Part shown: positions 56,393 through 64,000 of the stretch, in pieces
How the letters are laid out: each line of letters begins with the position of its first letter
How positions within the stretch are numbered: position 1 is the first letter of the stretch
Source: Bacteroidales bacterium
GTDB lineage: Bacteria; Bacteroidota; Bacteroidia; Bacteroidales; GCA-2748055
Assembly (NCBI GenBank): GCA_038316435.1
Contig: JBBQAQ010000001.1
Location: 2,267-66,266 of the forward strand
Length of the DNA: 64,000 nucleotides
Direction: 5' to 3'
Made by a program: the position numbers and the translations under genes
The notes under the pieces: model-generated
Seen by the model: only the letters and a program-made list of their open reading frames with translations
Told to the model about the DNA's origin: nothing
Database searches by the model: none

Positions 56393-57283
56393 ATGAAGAC
56401 AATAAAATATTTAGTCGTAGCGTCAATAGGAATTTTATTCCTGTTTAGTTCATGTAAATCAAAAGAACAGGTTGCCTTTGCCTATGGAAATTTTGAATCG
56501 GAAGAAATAATAATTTCTGCAGAGTCATCGGGTAAGCTTATTGAATTCCCTATATCAGAAGGACAGAAACTATCTGTTTCTGAATATTGCGGTTGTATTG
56601 ATACAAGTCAGCAATACCTTAAAAAACTGCAGTTAATATCCGGTTACAGTTCTGTAAAGGCCCGTCTTTCCCAAGTTGAAAGTCAGGTGGCAGTTAATGA
56701 GGTTACACTTGCGAATCTTTCCAGAGAGAAAAAAAGAATTGCCTCTCTTCTTGAAGGGAATGCTGCAACTTCAAAGCAGTTGGATGATATTTCCGGTCAG
56801 ATTGATCTGGTAAATGCTCAAAATAATGTGCAGATATCCCAAAAAGCTATAATCAGGGCTGAAAAGGAATCTTTGGATATTCAAATTCTACAAGTAAATG
56901 ACCTGATCTCAAAATCTATAATAAAATCACCTTCTGCCGGAACCGTTTTGGAGAAATACATTTATACCGGTGAGTTAGTAATTATGGGAAAACCATTATA
57001 TAAAATGGCAGACTTATCGGCAATGATTTTACGTGTTTTTGTTTCAGGGAATCAGCTTGAACAAGTTAAATTGGGCTCAGAAGTTGAAGTTTTAATTGAC
57101 TCAAATAATGGAGAAATGAAAAAGTTCAAAGGTATTGTTACATGGGTCGCAGCTAATTCTGAATTTACTCCAAAGATTATTCAAACCAGAGATGAGAGAG
57201 TGAATTTGGTTTATGCAATAAAAGTGCGTGTTCCAAATGACGGAAGCCTTAAAATAGGAATACCAGGGGAGATACGGTTATAA
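56393..57283 (+). CDS. HlyD-family membrane-fusion (periplasmic adaptor) protein
   Basis: Lipobox FSSC, a long coiled-coil and a C-terminal beta-barrel motif (SEFTPKIIQT..R....YAIKV) typical of YbhG-like adaptors. Confidence 0.8.
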   Translation: MKTIKYLVVASIGILFLFSSCKSKEQVAFAYGNFESEEIIISAESSGKLIEFPISEGQKLSVSEYCGCIDTSQQYLKKLQLISGYSSVKARLSQVESQVAVNEVTLANLSREKKRIASLLEGNAATSKQLDDISGQIDLVNAQNNVQISQKAIIRAEKESLDIQILQVNDLISKSIIKSPSAGTVLEKYIYTGELVIMGKPLYKMADLSAMILRVFVSGNQLEQVKLGSEVEVLIDSNNGEMKKFKGIVTWVAANSEFTPKIIQTRDERVNLVYAIKVRVPNDGSLKIGIPGEIRL

Positions 57284-58194
57284 TGCCTGAAATAAATGTG
57301 CATAATATTCATAAGTCCTATGGTGCAATTAATGCACTTAAGGATATCTCTTTTCAAGTAGAAAAAGGAGAAATATTTGGCATAATAGGCCCGGATGGTG
57401 CTGGAAAAACTTCACTTTTCAGAATTCTTGTTTCTTTATTATTGCCCGATTCCGGACAAGTGAATATCGCAGGATTGGATGTAATAAATGATTATAAAAA
57501 ATTACGAAATATTGTAGGCTACATGCCTGGCCGGTTTTCACTTTATCAAGACTTAAGTGTTGAAGAGAACCTGAAATTCTTTGCTACAGTTTTCGGCACC
57601 AATATAGAAGAACATTATGAATTGATCCGTGATATTTATGTGCAGATAGAGCCCTTTAAGAAACGTCTTGCAGGAAAGCTTTCAGGTGGAATGAAGCAGA
57701 AGTTGGCTCTTTCTTGTGCCTTAATACATCGCCCGCAGATATTAGTTCTCGATGAGCCAACAACTGGCGTAGATGCTGTTTCAAGGGTCGAATTTTGGGA
57801 TCTTCTGCGTAAAATAAAAAAAGAGGGTATAACAATAATTGTATCAACTCCTTATATGGATGAGGCTGCACGTTGCGATAGGGTTGCTTTAATGCAAAAA
57901 GGAGAATTTATGAGTATTAATAAACCTTCTGAAATTTATAAAGGTTTTACTAAAATACTATACGAACTCCGGCTTGAAGACGGTGCATACAAACTTTTAA
58001 AGAGCATAAGGGAAATGAAGTGGTGTGCAAATGCATGGTTATTTGGACAAACTGTCCATCTTACCCTGAATAGTCCCGAAGATGAATTAGATTTTATAGT
58101 TTATGCAAAACAAATAGGGATTGAAACTCAGAGAATAACTCCGGGCATTGAAGATACTTTTATGGAATTAATGAAGAACCCTGAAAATGGATAG
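57283..58194 (+). CDS. ABC transporter ATP-binding protein
   Basis: Walker A GPDGAGKTS, signature LSGGMKQK and Walker B ILVLDEPT. Confidence 0.9.
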   Translation: MPEINVHNIHKSYGAINALKDISFQVEKGEIFGIIGPDGAGKTSLFRILVSLLLPDSGQVNIAGLDVINDYKKLRNIVGYMPGRFSLYQDLSVEENLKFFATVFGTNIEEHYELIRDIYVQIEPFKKRLAGKLSGGMKQKLALSCALIHRPQILVLDEPTTGVDAVSRVEFWDLLRKIKKEGITIIVSTPYMDEAARCDRVALMQKGEFMSINKPSEIYKGFTKILYELRLEDGAYKLLKSIREMKWCANAWLFGQTVHLTLNSPEDELDFIVYAKQIGIETQRITPGIEDTFMELMKNPENG

Positions 58195-58924
58195 TCCTGA
58201 CAATATAATTGTTGTTAAGAATATGGTTAAGAAATTTGGAAATTTCATAGCCAATGACCGGCTTTCATTTGAAGTTAGAAAAGGCGAAATATTTGGATTT
58301 TTGGGAGCAAATGGTGCAGGAAAGACAACAGCTATAAGAATCCTCTGTGGATTGTCATTTCCAACCTCAGGAGATATTTCGGTAGCAGGTTATAATGCAT
58401 ATACACAAAGGGAATTGATAAAAAAAAATATTGGATATATGAGTCAGAAGTTCTCCTTATATGATGATCTTACAATTGTTGAAAACATCAGATTTTATGC
58501 GAGAATATATGGAATGAATTCAAAGCTGATTGAATCACGAACATCTGAGTTATTGAGTTCTCTTGGACTCGAAGAAATACGTAATCGACTGATCAGAGAC
58601 ATACCATTAGGATGGAAGCAAAAACTCGCTTTTTCTGTGGCTGTATTTCATAAGCCTGCAATCGTATTTCTTGATGAACCTACAGGTGGAGTTGATCCTG
58701 TAACAAGAAGACAGTTTTGGGAAATGATAAATGAAGCTGCCTTAAATGGAATTACCGTTTTTGTAACAACACATTATATGGATGAGGCCGAATATTGCGA
58801 TCGGGTTTCAATAATGGTTGATGGTAAAATTGCTGCTCTAGATGCCCCGCAAAATCTTAAAAAAATTTATAAAACTACTGATATGAATGGGGTATTTATT
58901 ACCCTGGCCAGAGGAGAAAAGTAA
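58187..58924 (+). CDS. ABC transporter ATP-binding protein (second ATPase)
   Basis: Walker A GANGAGKTT, a degenerate signature (PLGWKQK) and Walker B IVFLDEPT. Confidence 0.9.
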   Translation: MDSPDNIIVVKNMVKKFGNFIANDRLSFEVRKGEIFGFLGANGAGKTTAIRILCGLSFPTSGDISVAGYNAYTQRELIKKNIGYMSQKFSLYDDLTIVENIRFYARIYGMNSKLIESRTSELLSSLGLEEIRNRLIRDIPLGWKQKLAFSVAVFHKPAIVFLDEPTGGVDPVTRRQFWEMINEAALNGITVFVTTHYMDEAEYCDRVSIMVDGKIAALDAPQNLKKIYKTTDMNGVFITLARGEK

Positions 58925-58925
58925 T

Positions 58926-59582
58926 ATGCTAAAACAAAGAATCGGGATAATATTCGATATGGATGGTGTAATTGTTGATAACGATATTTACCATTTTCGT
59001 GCATGGGGAGAATTATGCAAAAATTATGGGCTGGAGGTCAGTCAGGATGAAGTGAAAACCTGGTTTGGAAATACCAATCCAATGATTCTTAAAAGACTGT
59101 TTGGAGATGATATTGAACAGGAAAAGATCATAAGAATAGGAGGTGAGAAGGAAGCGATCTATAGGGATCTCTACCAGAATGATATTAAAGCATTAGAAGG
59201 TCTTGTTTCATTATTGCGCAGCTTGCATGACAGTGGTTTCACCTTGGCAATCGCAACAGCAGCTCCCACAGAAAATGTTGACTTTGTACTTGAGCACACA
59301 GGTATAAGGCATTTCTTTCATAAAATTGTTGATGCTTCCATGATATCAGAAGGGAAACCATCCCCTGAAATATATCTCAAAGCAGCTAAAGTATTGAATC
59401 TTGATGTAAAAGATTGTCTTGTGTTTGAAGATTCTTTTCATGGGATTGAATCTGCTGTGAGGGCTGGCATGAAAGTTATTGGAGTCGCAACTACTCATCC
59501 CTCTGAAAAACTTAAATCAACGATAAGGAATATATCCGACTTCACGGAAATTAATGCTGCCGATATAATTCAATTGTTTTAA
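58926..59582 (+). CDS. HAD-IA hydrolase (beta-phosphoglucomutase/sugar-phosphatase-like) embedded in the exporter operon
   Basis: IIFDMDGVIVDND, LAIATAA, GKPSPEIY and VFEDSFHG. The ATG at 58926 lies 1 nt after the upstream stop, and the track extension from 58887 overlaps the ATPase. Confidence 0.85.
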   Translation: MLKQRIGIIFDMDGVIVDNDIYHFRAWGELCKNYGLEVSQDEVKTWFGNTNPMILKRLFGDDIEQEKIIRIGGEKEAIYRDLYQNDIKALEGLVSLLRSLHDSGFTLAIATAAPTENVDFVLEHTGIRHFFHKIVDASMISEGKPSPEIYLKAAKVLNLDVKDCLVFEDSFHGIESAVRAGMKVIGVATTHPSEKLKSTIRNISDFTEINAADIIQLF

Positions 59583-59593
59583 ACCTGCTATAT

Positions 59594-60703
59594 ATGAGGC
59601 GATATTGGGGTTTTGTACTAAAGGAGTTTTACCATATTTTTAGGGATTTCCGTACTTTGCTCATTCTCTTCGGCATACCGGTTGCTCAGGTATTGATTTT
59701 CGGTTTTGTAATTTCAAATGATATCAAGAATATTAAAATCTCTATTCTCGACTATTCAGGAGATGAGATTACACAAAAAATTACTGATAAGATTTTTTCT
59801 GGCGGCTATTTTGAACTGCATTCGAAGCTTCAGAATTATGAACAGATTGAGCCTGCCTTTCGAACAGGAAATGTTAAAGAGGTAATTATTTTCGAACCGG
59901 GATTTTCACAAAATCTTGGTAGAACCGGAACTGCATCCATGAGAATAGTTTCGGATGCTTCAGATGCTAATACTGGAAGACTTATTGCAGTTTATACACA
60001 GGGAATCGTTATGAATTATATACAGGAGATAATGGCCGAAAATGGTCTTGCGCCCTATACAATAAATGCCAAATCGAGGATGTATTTCAATCAGGGAATG
60101 AAGGGGGTTTATATGTTTGTCCCGGGAACTATGGCTCTTATCCTGACATTGATCTCAGCATTAATGACCTCTATTTCAATCACGAGGGAGAAAGAAATGG
60201 GTACTATGGAAGTGCTACTTGTATCTCCCTTGAAACCAATACAAATAATCCTTGGTAAAGTAACCCCATATATAGGATTGGCATTTATTAATGCAATAAT
60301 GATATTAATAATCGGGTATTTTGTTTTTGGTCTTCCTGTTAATGGAAGCATAGTGTTGCTGCTGCTTGAAACCATTTTATATATTACTCTTGCCTTATCT
60401 CTGGGGATTTTTATTTCGACGGTAGCAAAAAATCAGCAAATGGCAATGTTTATTTCTATGCTTGCACTGATGCTTCCAACAACACTTTTATCAGGTTTTA
60501 TCTTCCCTGTAGAGAATATGCCAGTGATCCTGCAATGGTTTTCTGCTATAATTCCTCCCAGATGGTTCATCGTGATTTTGAAAAATATTATGCTTAAAGG
60601 CACAGGTATTATGTTTGTTTGGAAGGAAACTCTGATTTTAATAGGTATGACAGTTGTTTTTATATCACTCAGTGTTAAGCGATTTAAAATAAGATTGGAA
60701 TAA
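59594..60703 (+). CDS. ABC-2-type transporter permease (YbhS/YbhR-like)
   Basis: An N-terminal TM helix, a large extracytoplasmic loop, then 5 TM helices. REKEMGTMEVLLVSP motif. Confidence 0.85.
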   Translation: MRRYWGFVLKEFYHIFRDFRTLLILFGIPVAQVLIFGFVISNDIKNIKISILDYSGDEITQKITDKIFSGGYFELHSKLQNYEQIEPAFRTGNVKEVIIFEPGFSQNLGRTGTASMRIVSDASDANTGRLIAVYTQGIVMNYIQEIMAENGLAPYTINAKSRMYFNQGMKGVYMFVPGTMALILTLISALMTSISITREKEMGTMEVLLVSPLKPIQIILGKVTPYIGLAFINAIMILIIGYFVFGLPVNGSIVLLLLETILYITLALSLGIFISTVAKNQQMAMFISMLALMLPTTLLSGFIFPVENMPVILQWFSAIIPPRWFIVILKNIMLKGTGIMFVWKETLILIGMTVVFISLSVKRFKIRLE

Positions 60704-60709
60704 TTTGAC

Positions 60710-61828
60710 ATGAGAACCTTGATAGCTTTACTTAGAAAAGAGTTTACTCAGATTTTCAGAAATAGGGTAATGCTCCCGTTTATTTTCATTGTTCCCATTG
60801 TGCAGATGGTTGTTCTTGTTTTTGCAGCTAATCTGGAAATGAAGGAAATTCGTGTTTATACGGTCGATCTTGACCTTTCTGAAACATCCCGTATACTAAG
60901 ATCTGAATTTACTGCATCACCTTTTTTTAAAGATGAAGGGATCGGTTTTAGCCTTTCTGAAGGGGAAGCAATGCTGCTAAAGGATAGAGCCGACCTGATA
61001 ATAGTTTTTAATAGTGGATTTGGTTCTAAGCTCAGGAAAGAAAGTTCATCTGACTTGCAACTGCTGATCAATGCAATTAACACCACGAAAGCTGGACTTG
61101 TTTATGCGTATTCAGAAGCAATCATCCGCGAATTCAATCAGGATTTACGCATAAACTGGTTGGGAGTATCAGCAACTAATGCTACTCAAAACATTGATAT
61201 TACCTATAGTTATTGGTATAATCAGCAATTGAATTATAAAATTTTTATGCTTCCGGGGATACTTGTAATATTGGTCACCATTATTGGGATGTTTCTTACT
61301 GCTATGAATCTTGTGAGAGAAAAAGAGATGGGAACTGCTGAGCAGATTAACGTTACACCTATAAAAAAATATCAGCTGATTATTGGTAAACTGCTGCCTT
61401 TTTGGTTGATTGCCTTATTTGAACTTGCATTCGGAATGTCAATAGGGAAACTATTTTTTCACTTGCCGGTTATGGGTAACCCGGCCATTTTATTCAGTTT
61501 TGCCGGTGTTTATCTTCTTGTTGTTTTGGGAATTGGACTTTTACTCTCTACGCTTGCTGACACACAACAGCAGGTTATGTTTCTAGCCTTCTTTTTTATG
61601 CTTTCATTCATTCTTATGAGTGGAATATTTACTCCAGTTGAAAGTATGCCTTATTGGGCACAAAAAGTAAATATCATAAATCCTTTTTCCTATTTCATGA
61701 GAGTAATTAGAATGATACTACTTAAGGGTTCAGGATTCCGCGATATTCAGCATGAATTCCTTTCCATGTTCGTGTATGCAACGGGTATTTTAGGTTTGGC
61801 TATCTGGAGGTATCGTAAGACAAACTGA
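60710..61828 (+). CDS. ABC-2-type transporter permease (paralog)
   Basis: Same architecture as the preceding permease, with an REKEMGTAEQINVTP motif. Confidence 0.85.
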   Translation: MRTLIALLRKEFTQIFRNRVMLPFIFIVPIVQMVVLVFAANLEMKEIRVYTVDLDLSETSRILRSEFTASPFFKDEGIGFSLSEGEAMLLKDRADLIIVFNSGFGSKLRKESSSDLQLLINAINTTKAGLVYAYSEAIIREFNQDLRINWLGVSATNATQNIDITYSYWYNQQLNYKIFMLPGILVILVTIIGMFLTAMNLVREKEMGTAEQINVTPIKKYQLIIGKLLPFWLIALFELAFGMSIGKLFFHLPVMGNPAILFSFAGVYLLVVLGIGLLLSTLADTQQQVMFLAFFFMLSFILMSGIFTPVESMPYWAQKVNIINPFSYFMRVIRMILLKGSGFRDIQHEFLSMFVYATGILGLAIWRYRKTN

Positions 61829-61830
61829 TT

Positions 61831-62424
61831 TTAAAGTCCCAATAGTTCATCCAGTTTTCTCCTCAAGTCTTTTGAATTCCAGTTGGCGGCACCTTTCTTA
61901 TGTATAATTATTTCACCCTTAGAGGAAATAAGAAAAGTGGTAGGATATGAGTTAATATCCAGAATTCCAGTTGATCTGGACTTTTGGAAGTATACAGGAA
62001 TGTGGTATCCCGATTCCTTAAGGAATTTTGATACTTTTTCCTTTTCTTCACTAGTAATCAGAAATATAGGTAATTTTTCCCCATACCTATCAGCCATTTT
62101 TTGAATTGATGGCATTTCTGCTCTACAGGGAGCGCACCAAGTTGCCCAGAAACTTATTAATATCGTCTGATTTGAATATTCTGAAAGGTTTACACTATTT
62201 CCATCCAAATCTTCCAGCGCTAATTGATAATCTTCAGTTTTCATAGTAACTCCAGAGGATTCTGTAATTATCTTTGGACGAAAAAGTGTAGCTCTGATAA
62301 GCATAGTCCGGGAAGTTGGAATCAGCAGAAGTAGGATCAATAAATAAAATAGAATATCGCTACCAATTTTCAACTTGCTTGACTTTTCAAAATAGGTGTT
62401 AAAATAAATTTTAAGCTTTTCCAT
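61831..62424 (-). CDS. TlpA/ResA-like membrane-anchored thiol:disulfide oxidoreductase
   Basis: An N-terminal TM helix and a thioredoxin fold with a WATWCAPC active site. Confidence 0.8.
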   Translation of the reverse strand: MEKLKIYFNTYFEKSSKLKIGSDILFYLLILLLLIPTSRTMLIRATLFRPKIITESSGVTMKTEDYQLALEDLDGNSVNLSEYSNQTILISFWATWCAPCRAEMPSIQKMADRYGEKLPIFLITSEEKEKVSKFLKESGYHIPVYFQKSRSTGILDINSYPTTFLISSKGEIIIHKKGAANWNSKDLRRKLDELLGL

Positions 62425-62519
62425 AGTTTTTATATCAAACTCCGTTTATGATCCTGAATTGAGTTAATTATGTCCAGTTTAATAATTGACATATCTAATT
62501 TAAATGGATTATTTTAGAA

Positions 62520-63212
62520 TTAGAAATTGTTAACTCTATTTAAAACCAGATTCTCACTTTCCTTTGAAACCCTTAAAACAAAGTCAAAGCGATTAAGATC
62601 AAGACAGAGATCAAAATCTGAGGATGGAGAATATTCTTGTTTTCCCTCTTCAAAAAACCGCTTCCCACTTCCTTCACGAAGAATCTTCTTCATTAAACCA
62701 AAATCACTTGTTTTCCCTTCGATTTCATTTTTAATATATTCGGCACAAAAAGTATCTTCTTCGATTGGATGCATAGCTGAATACCCCATGCATACTAAAG
62801 AAACTATAGAGGGATTGTTTTTCTGGATAAACCTGACGATAGCACCGGCATTTAAAAAGCTACCAGTGATCAGAATATCTGCTTCTTTTGCATTTACAAT
62901 TCCCTGTGTTCCTGCACTGGTCGTGTGCACGAGAGTTTTTCCCGTGAAATTCTCATGAAGAATATGAGTAGGGGAGTTTCCAAAATCAAAACCCGGCATT
63001 TTTTGCTCATTTCTTTCGCCCAATAAAATGAATTCCGGATTAGATTCTTTTAACTCATACGCTTTTTCGATACTACCCACTGGAATAATCCTTTCAGCTC
63101 CTCTGTCAAAAGCATAACAGGCCAGAGAAAATGCTCTGAAAACGTCTATTACAACAGTTAATCCTCGTGCATTTTTAGCTCCCTCAATTAGTTGCAAAAT
63201 CCTTATATCCAT
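62520..63212 (-). CDS. 2-phosphosulfolactate phosphatase family protein (ComB-like)
   Basis: VVIDVFRAFS, LLGERN..PGFDFGNSP and TTSAGTQ match the ComB family pattern as I recall it. Confidence 0.75.
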   Translation of the reverse strand: MDIRILQLIEGAKNARGLTVVIDVFRAFSLACYAFDRGAERIIPVGSIEKAYELKESNPEFILLGERNEQKMPGFDFGNSPTHILHENFTGKTLVHTTSAGTQGIVNAKEADILITGSFLNAGAIVRFIQKNNPSIVSLVCMGYSAMHPIEEDTFCAEYIKNEIEGKTSDFGLMKKILREGSGKRFFEEGKQEYSPSSDFDLCLDLNRFDFVLRVSKESENLVLNRVNNF

Positions 63213-63277
63213 TTTACTTTTAAATATATAAATTACTTTCTCTGAAAATTTAAGATCCAGGTAATAATAGATTCTCC

Positions 63278-63347
63278 CTCTGTGATCCTCTGTGACTACT
63301 CTGTTAACCTCTGTGAAATCTATTTTTTTATACAGAATACCACAGAG
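63278..63347. repeat. Helically phased array of four direct CTCTGTGA/CTCTGTTA octamers plus one inverted copy
   Basis: Direct copies start at 63278, 63288, 63299 and 63309, giving spacings of 10, 11 and 10 bp. The inverted copy CCACAGAG is at 63340-63347. The array sits in the divergent comB-like / yihY intergenic region. Confidence 0.7.
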
Positions 63348-63507
63348 TCAAAATCTGGCAACCTTCTGCTTAAATAACCTGAACAGTTAGACTTATTCTG
63401 TATTTGATCACAAATTAAACTCCCTATTTTGACAATCCAAATATAGGACAAATCATCATTACTAAAAATCTACACATTCTCAGTTATTCAAATGTCCAAT
63501 ATTCCTT

Positions 63508-63515
63508 TATATTTG
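63508..63515 (+). promoter_or_regulatory. Candidate -7 promoter box (TAnnTTTG) for the yihY-like gene
   Basis: TATATTTG lies 26 nt upstream of the ATG at 63541. Confidence 0.35.
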
Positions 63516-63540
63516 TATTGATCAATCGAAAACAATTTAT

Positions 63541-64000
63541 ATGATTAAGAGAATTAAAACCTTTATGCAGGTTGATGTATGGCAAACACCATTGCATGAC
63601 AAATCGAAGCGATATTCTTTTCTGATCCGGCAAATCAGAATATTTATTGTAGCTTTTAAAGGTTTTATGGATAACCGCGTAAATCTTAGAGCCTCCGCTT
63701 TGACTTTTTACACATTACTTTCTATGGTTCCCATCGTTGCAATGGGTTTTGGTGTGGCAGCTGGTTTTGGATTCGACAGAAAGCTTGAAGAGTTCATTAT
63801 AGCTAACTTTAAGGGTCAGGAAGAGGTTATGAATTGGATTATCAATATGTCATACGATGTTCTGGAAGGTGTTGAAGGTGGACTTTTAGCTGGTATTGGC
63901 CTAATCGTGCTGATTTGGTCAGTTATGCAGGTTCTTACTAATATCGAGAATTCATTTAATGCCATCTGGGAAGTTAAAAAAGCCCGGAGTTTTGTTCGCA
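63541..64000 (+). CDS. YihY/BrkB-family membrane protein, N-terminal part (runs off the right edge)
   Basis: My own translation is MIKRIKTFMQVDVW...NLRASALTFYTLLSMVPIVAM..LIWSVMQVLTNIENSFNAIW, a typical YihY N-terminus. Confidence 0.75.
   Translation, partial: MIKRIKTFMQVDVWQTPLHDKSKRYSFLIRQIRIFIVAFKGFMDNRVNLRASALTFYTLLSMVPIVAMGFGVAAGFGFDRKLEEFIIANFKGQEEVMNWIINMSYDVLEGVEGGLLAGIGLIVLIWSVMQVLTNIENSFNAIWEVKKARSFVR

Noticed and set aside
1-64000. I searched by eye for CRISPR arrays, tRNA/rRNA genes, transposases, integrases, phage genes and long terminal or inverted repeats.
   Set aside because: I saw no regularly spaced repeat-spacer array, no GC-rich cloverleaf-like segments in the few intergenic regions, and no ORF with transposase, integrase or phage motifs. 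The window looks like core or accessory chromosome without mobile elements. A tRNAscan/Infernal run would be needed to be certain.

Overview
A 64-kb chromosomal window with no rRNA, tRNA, CRISPR array, transposase or integrase that I could find. It looks like a low-GC, anaerobic Bacteroidota-type organism. The evidence is TAnnTTTG-type -7 promoter boxes, lipoprotein signal peptides, a fused E1 alpha/beta 2-oxoacid dehydrogenase, a Bacteroides-style mce-mmdA-oadG-BCCP-mmdB Na+-decarboxylase operon, TPR-type sensor kinases and a rubredoxin. Gene order, left to right: (1) a pentose-phosphate/sugar operon: tal, a single-domain SIS isomerase, an isochorismatase-like hydrolase, a PfkB kinase and an isoaspartyl peptidase. 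(2) A minus-strand sugar-phosphate redox cluster: a 420-aa Zn-ADH, an SDR with an odd N-terminal extension, a PHP-like protein and a HAD phosphatase. (3) A fused E1ab plus E2 2-oxoacid dehydrogenase, divergent from a HutC/GntR regulator with a perfect palindromic operator, a rhamnulokinase-like FGGY kinase and a GH43. (4) Gfo/Idh/MocA and aldo-keto reductases. (5) Na+-translocating methylmalonyl-CoA decarboxylase genes followed directly by a citrate lyase encoded as a CitD-CitE fusion plus CitF. (6) A translationally coupled VTC-domain (polyphosphate-polymerase-like) and DUF4956 membrane pair. (7) A rubredoxin missed by the ORF track, pepD, an IDH-family dehydrogenase, an HD protein and an MFS transporter. 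(8) A 16-kb same-strand island of six PAS-rich sensor histidine kinases (two with PocR sensor domains, three hybrid, one frameshifted) and two receiver-only proteins, with no output or HPt domain. (9) Hypothetical membrane proteins and an M28-PA-PDZ lipoprotein. (10) A TetR-TolC-HlyD-ABC(2 ATPases)-HAD-ABC2(2 permeases) exporter operon. (11) A TlpA-like thioredoxin, a ComB-like phosphatase, a helically phased CTCTGTGA repeat array and a partial YihY/BrkB gene. The best candidates for an undescribed system are the output-less multi-kinase island (34.8-50.8 kb) and the VTC/DUF4956 pair (28.2-29.7 kb). All domain calls come from reading motifs by eye, and no database search was possible.
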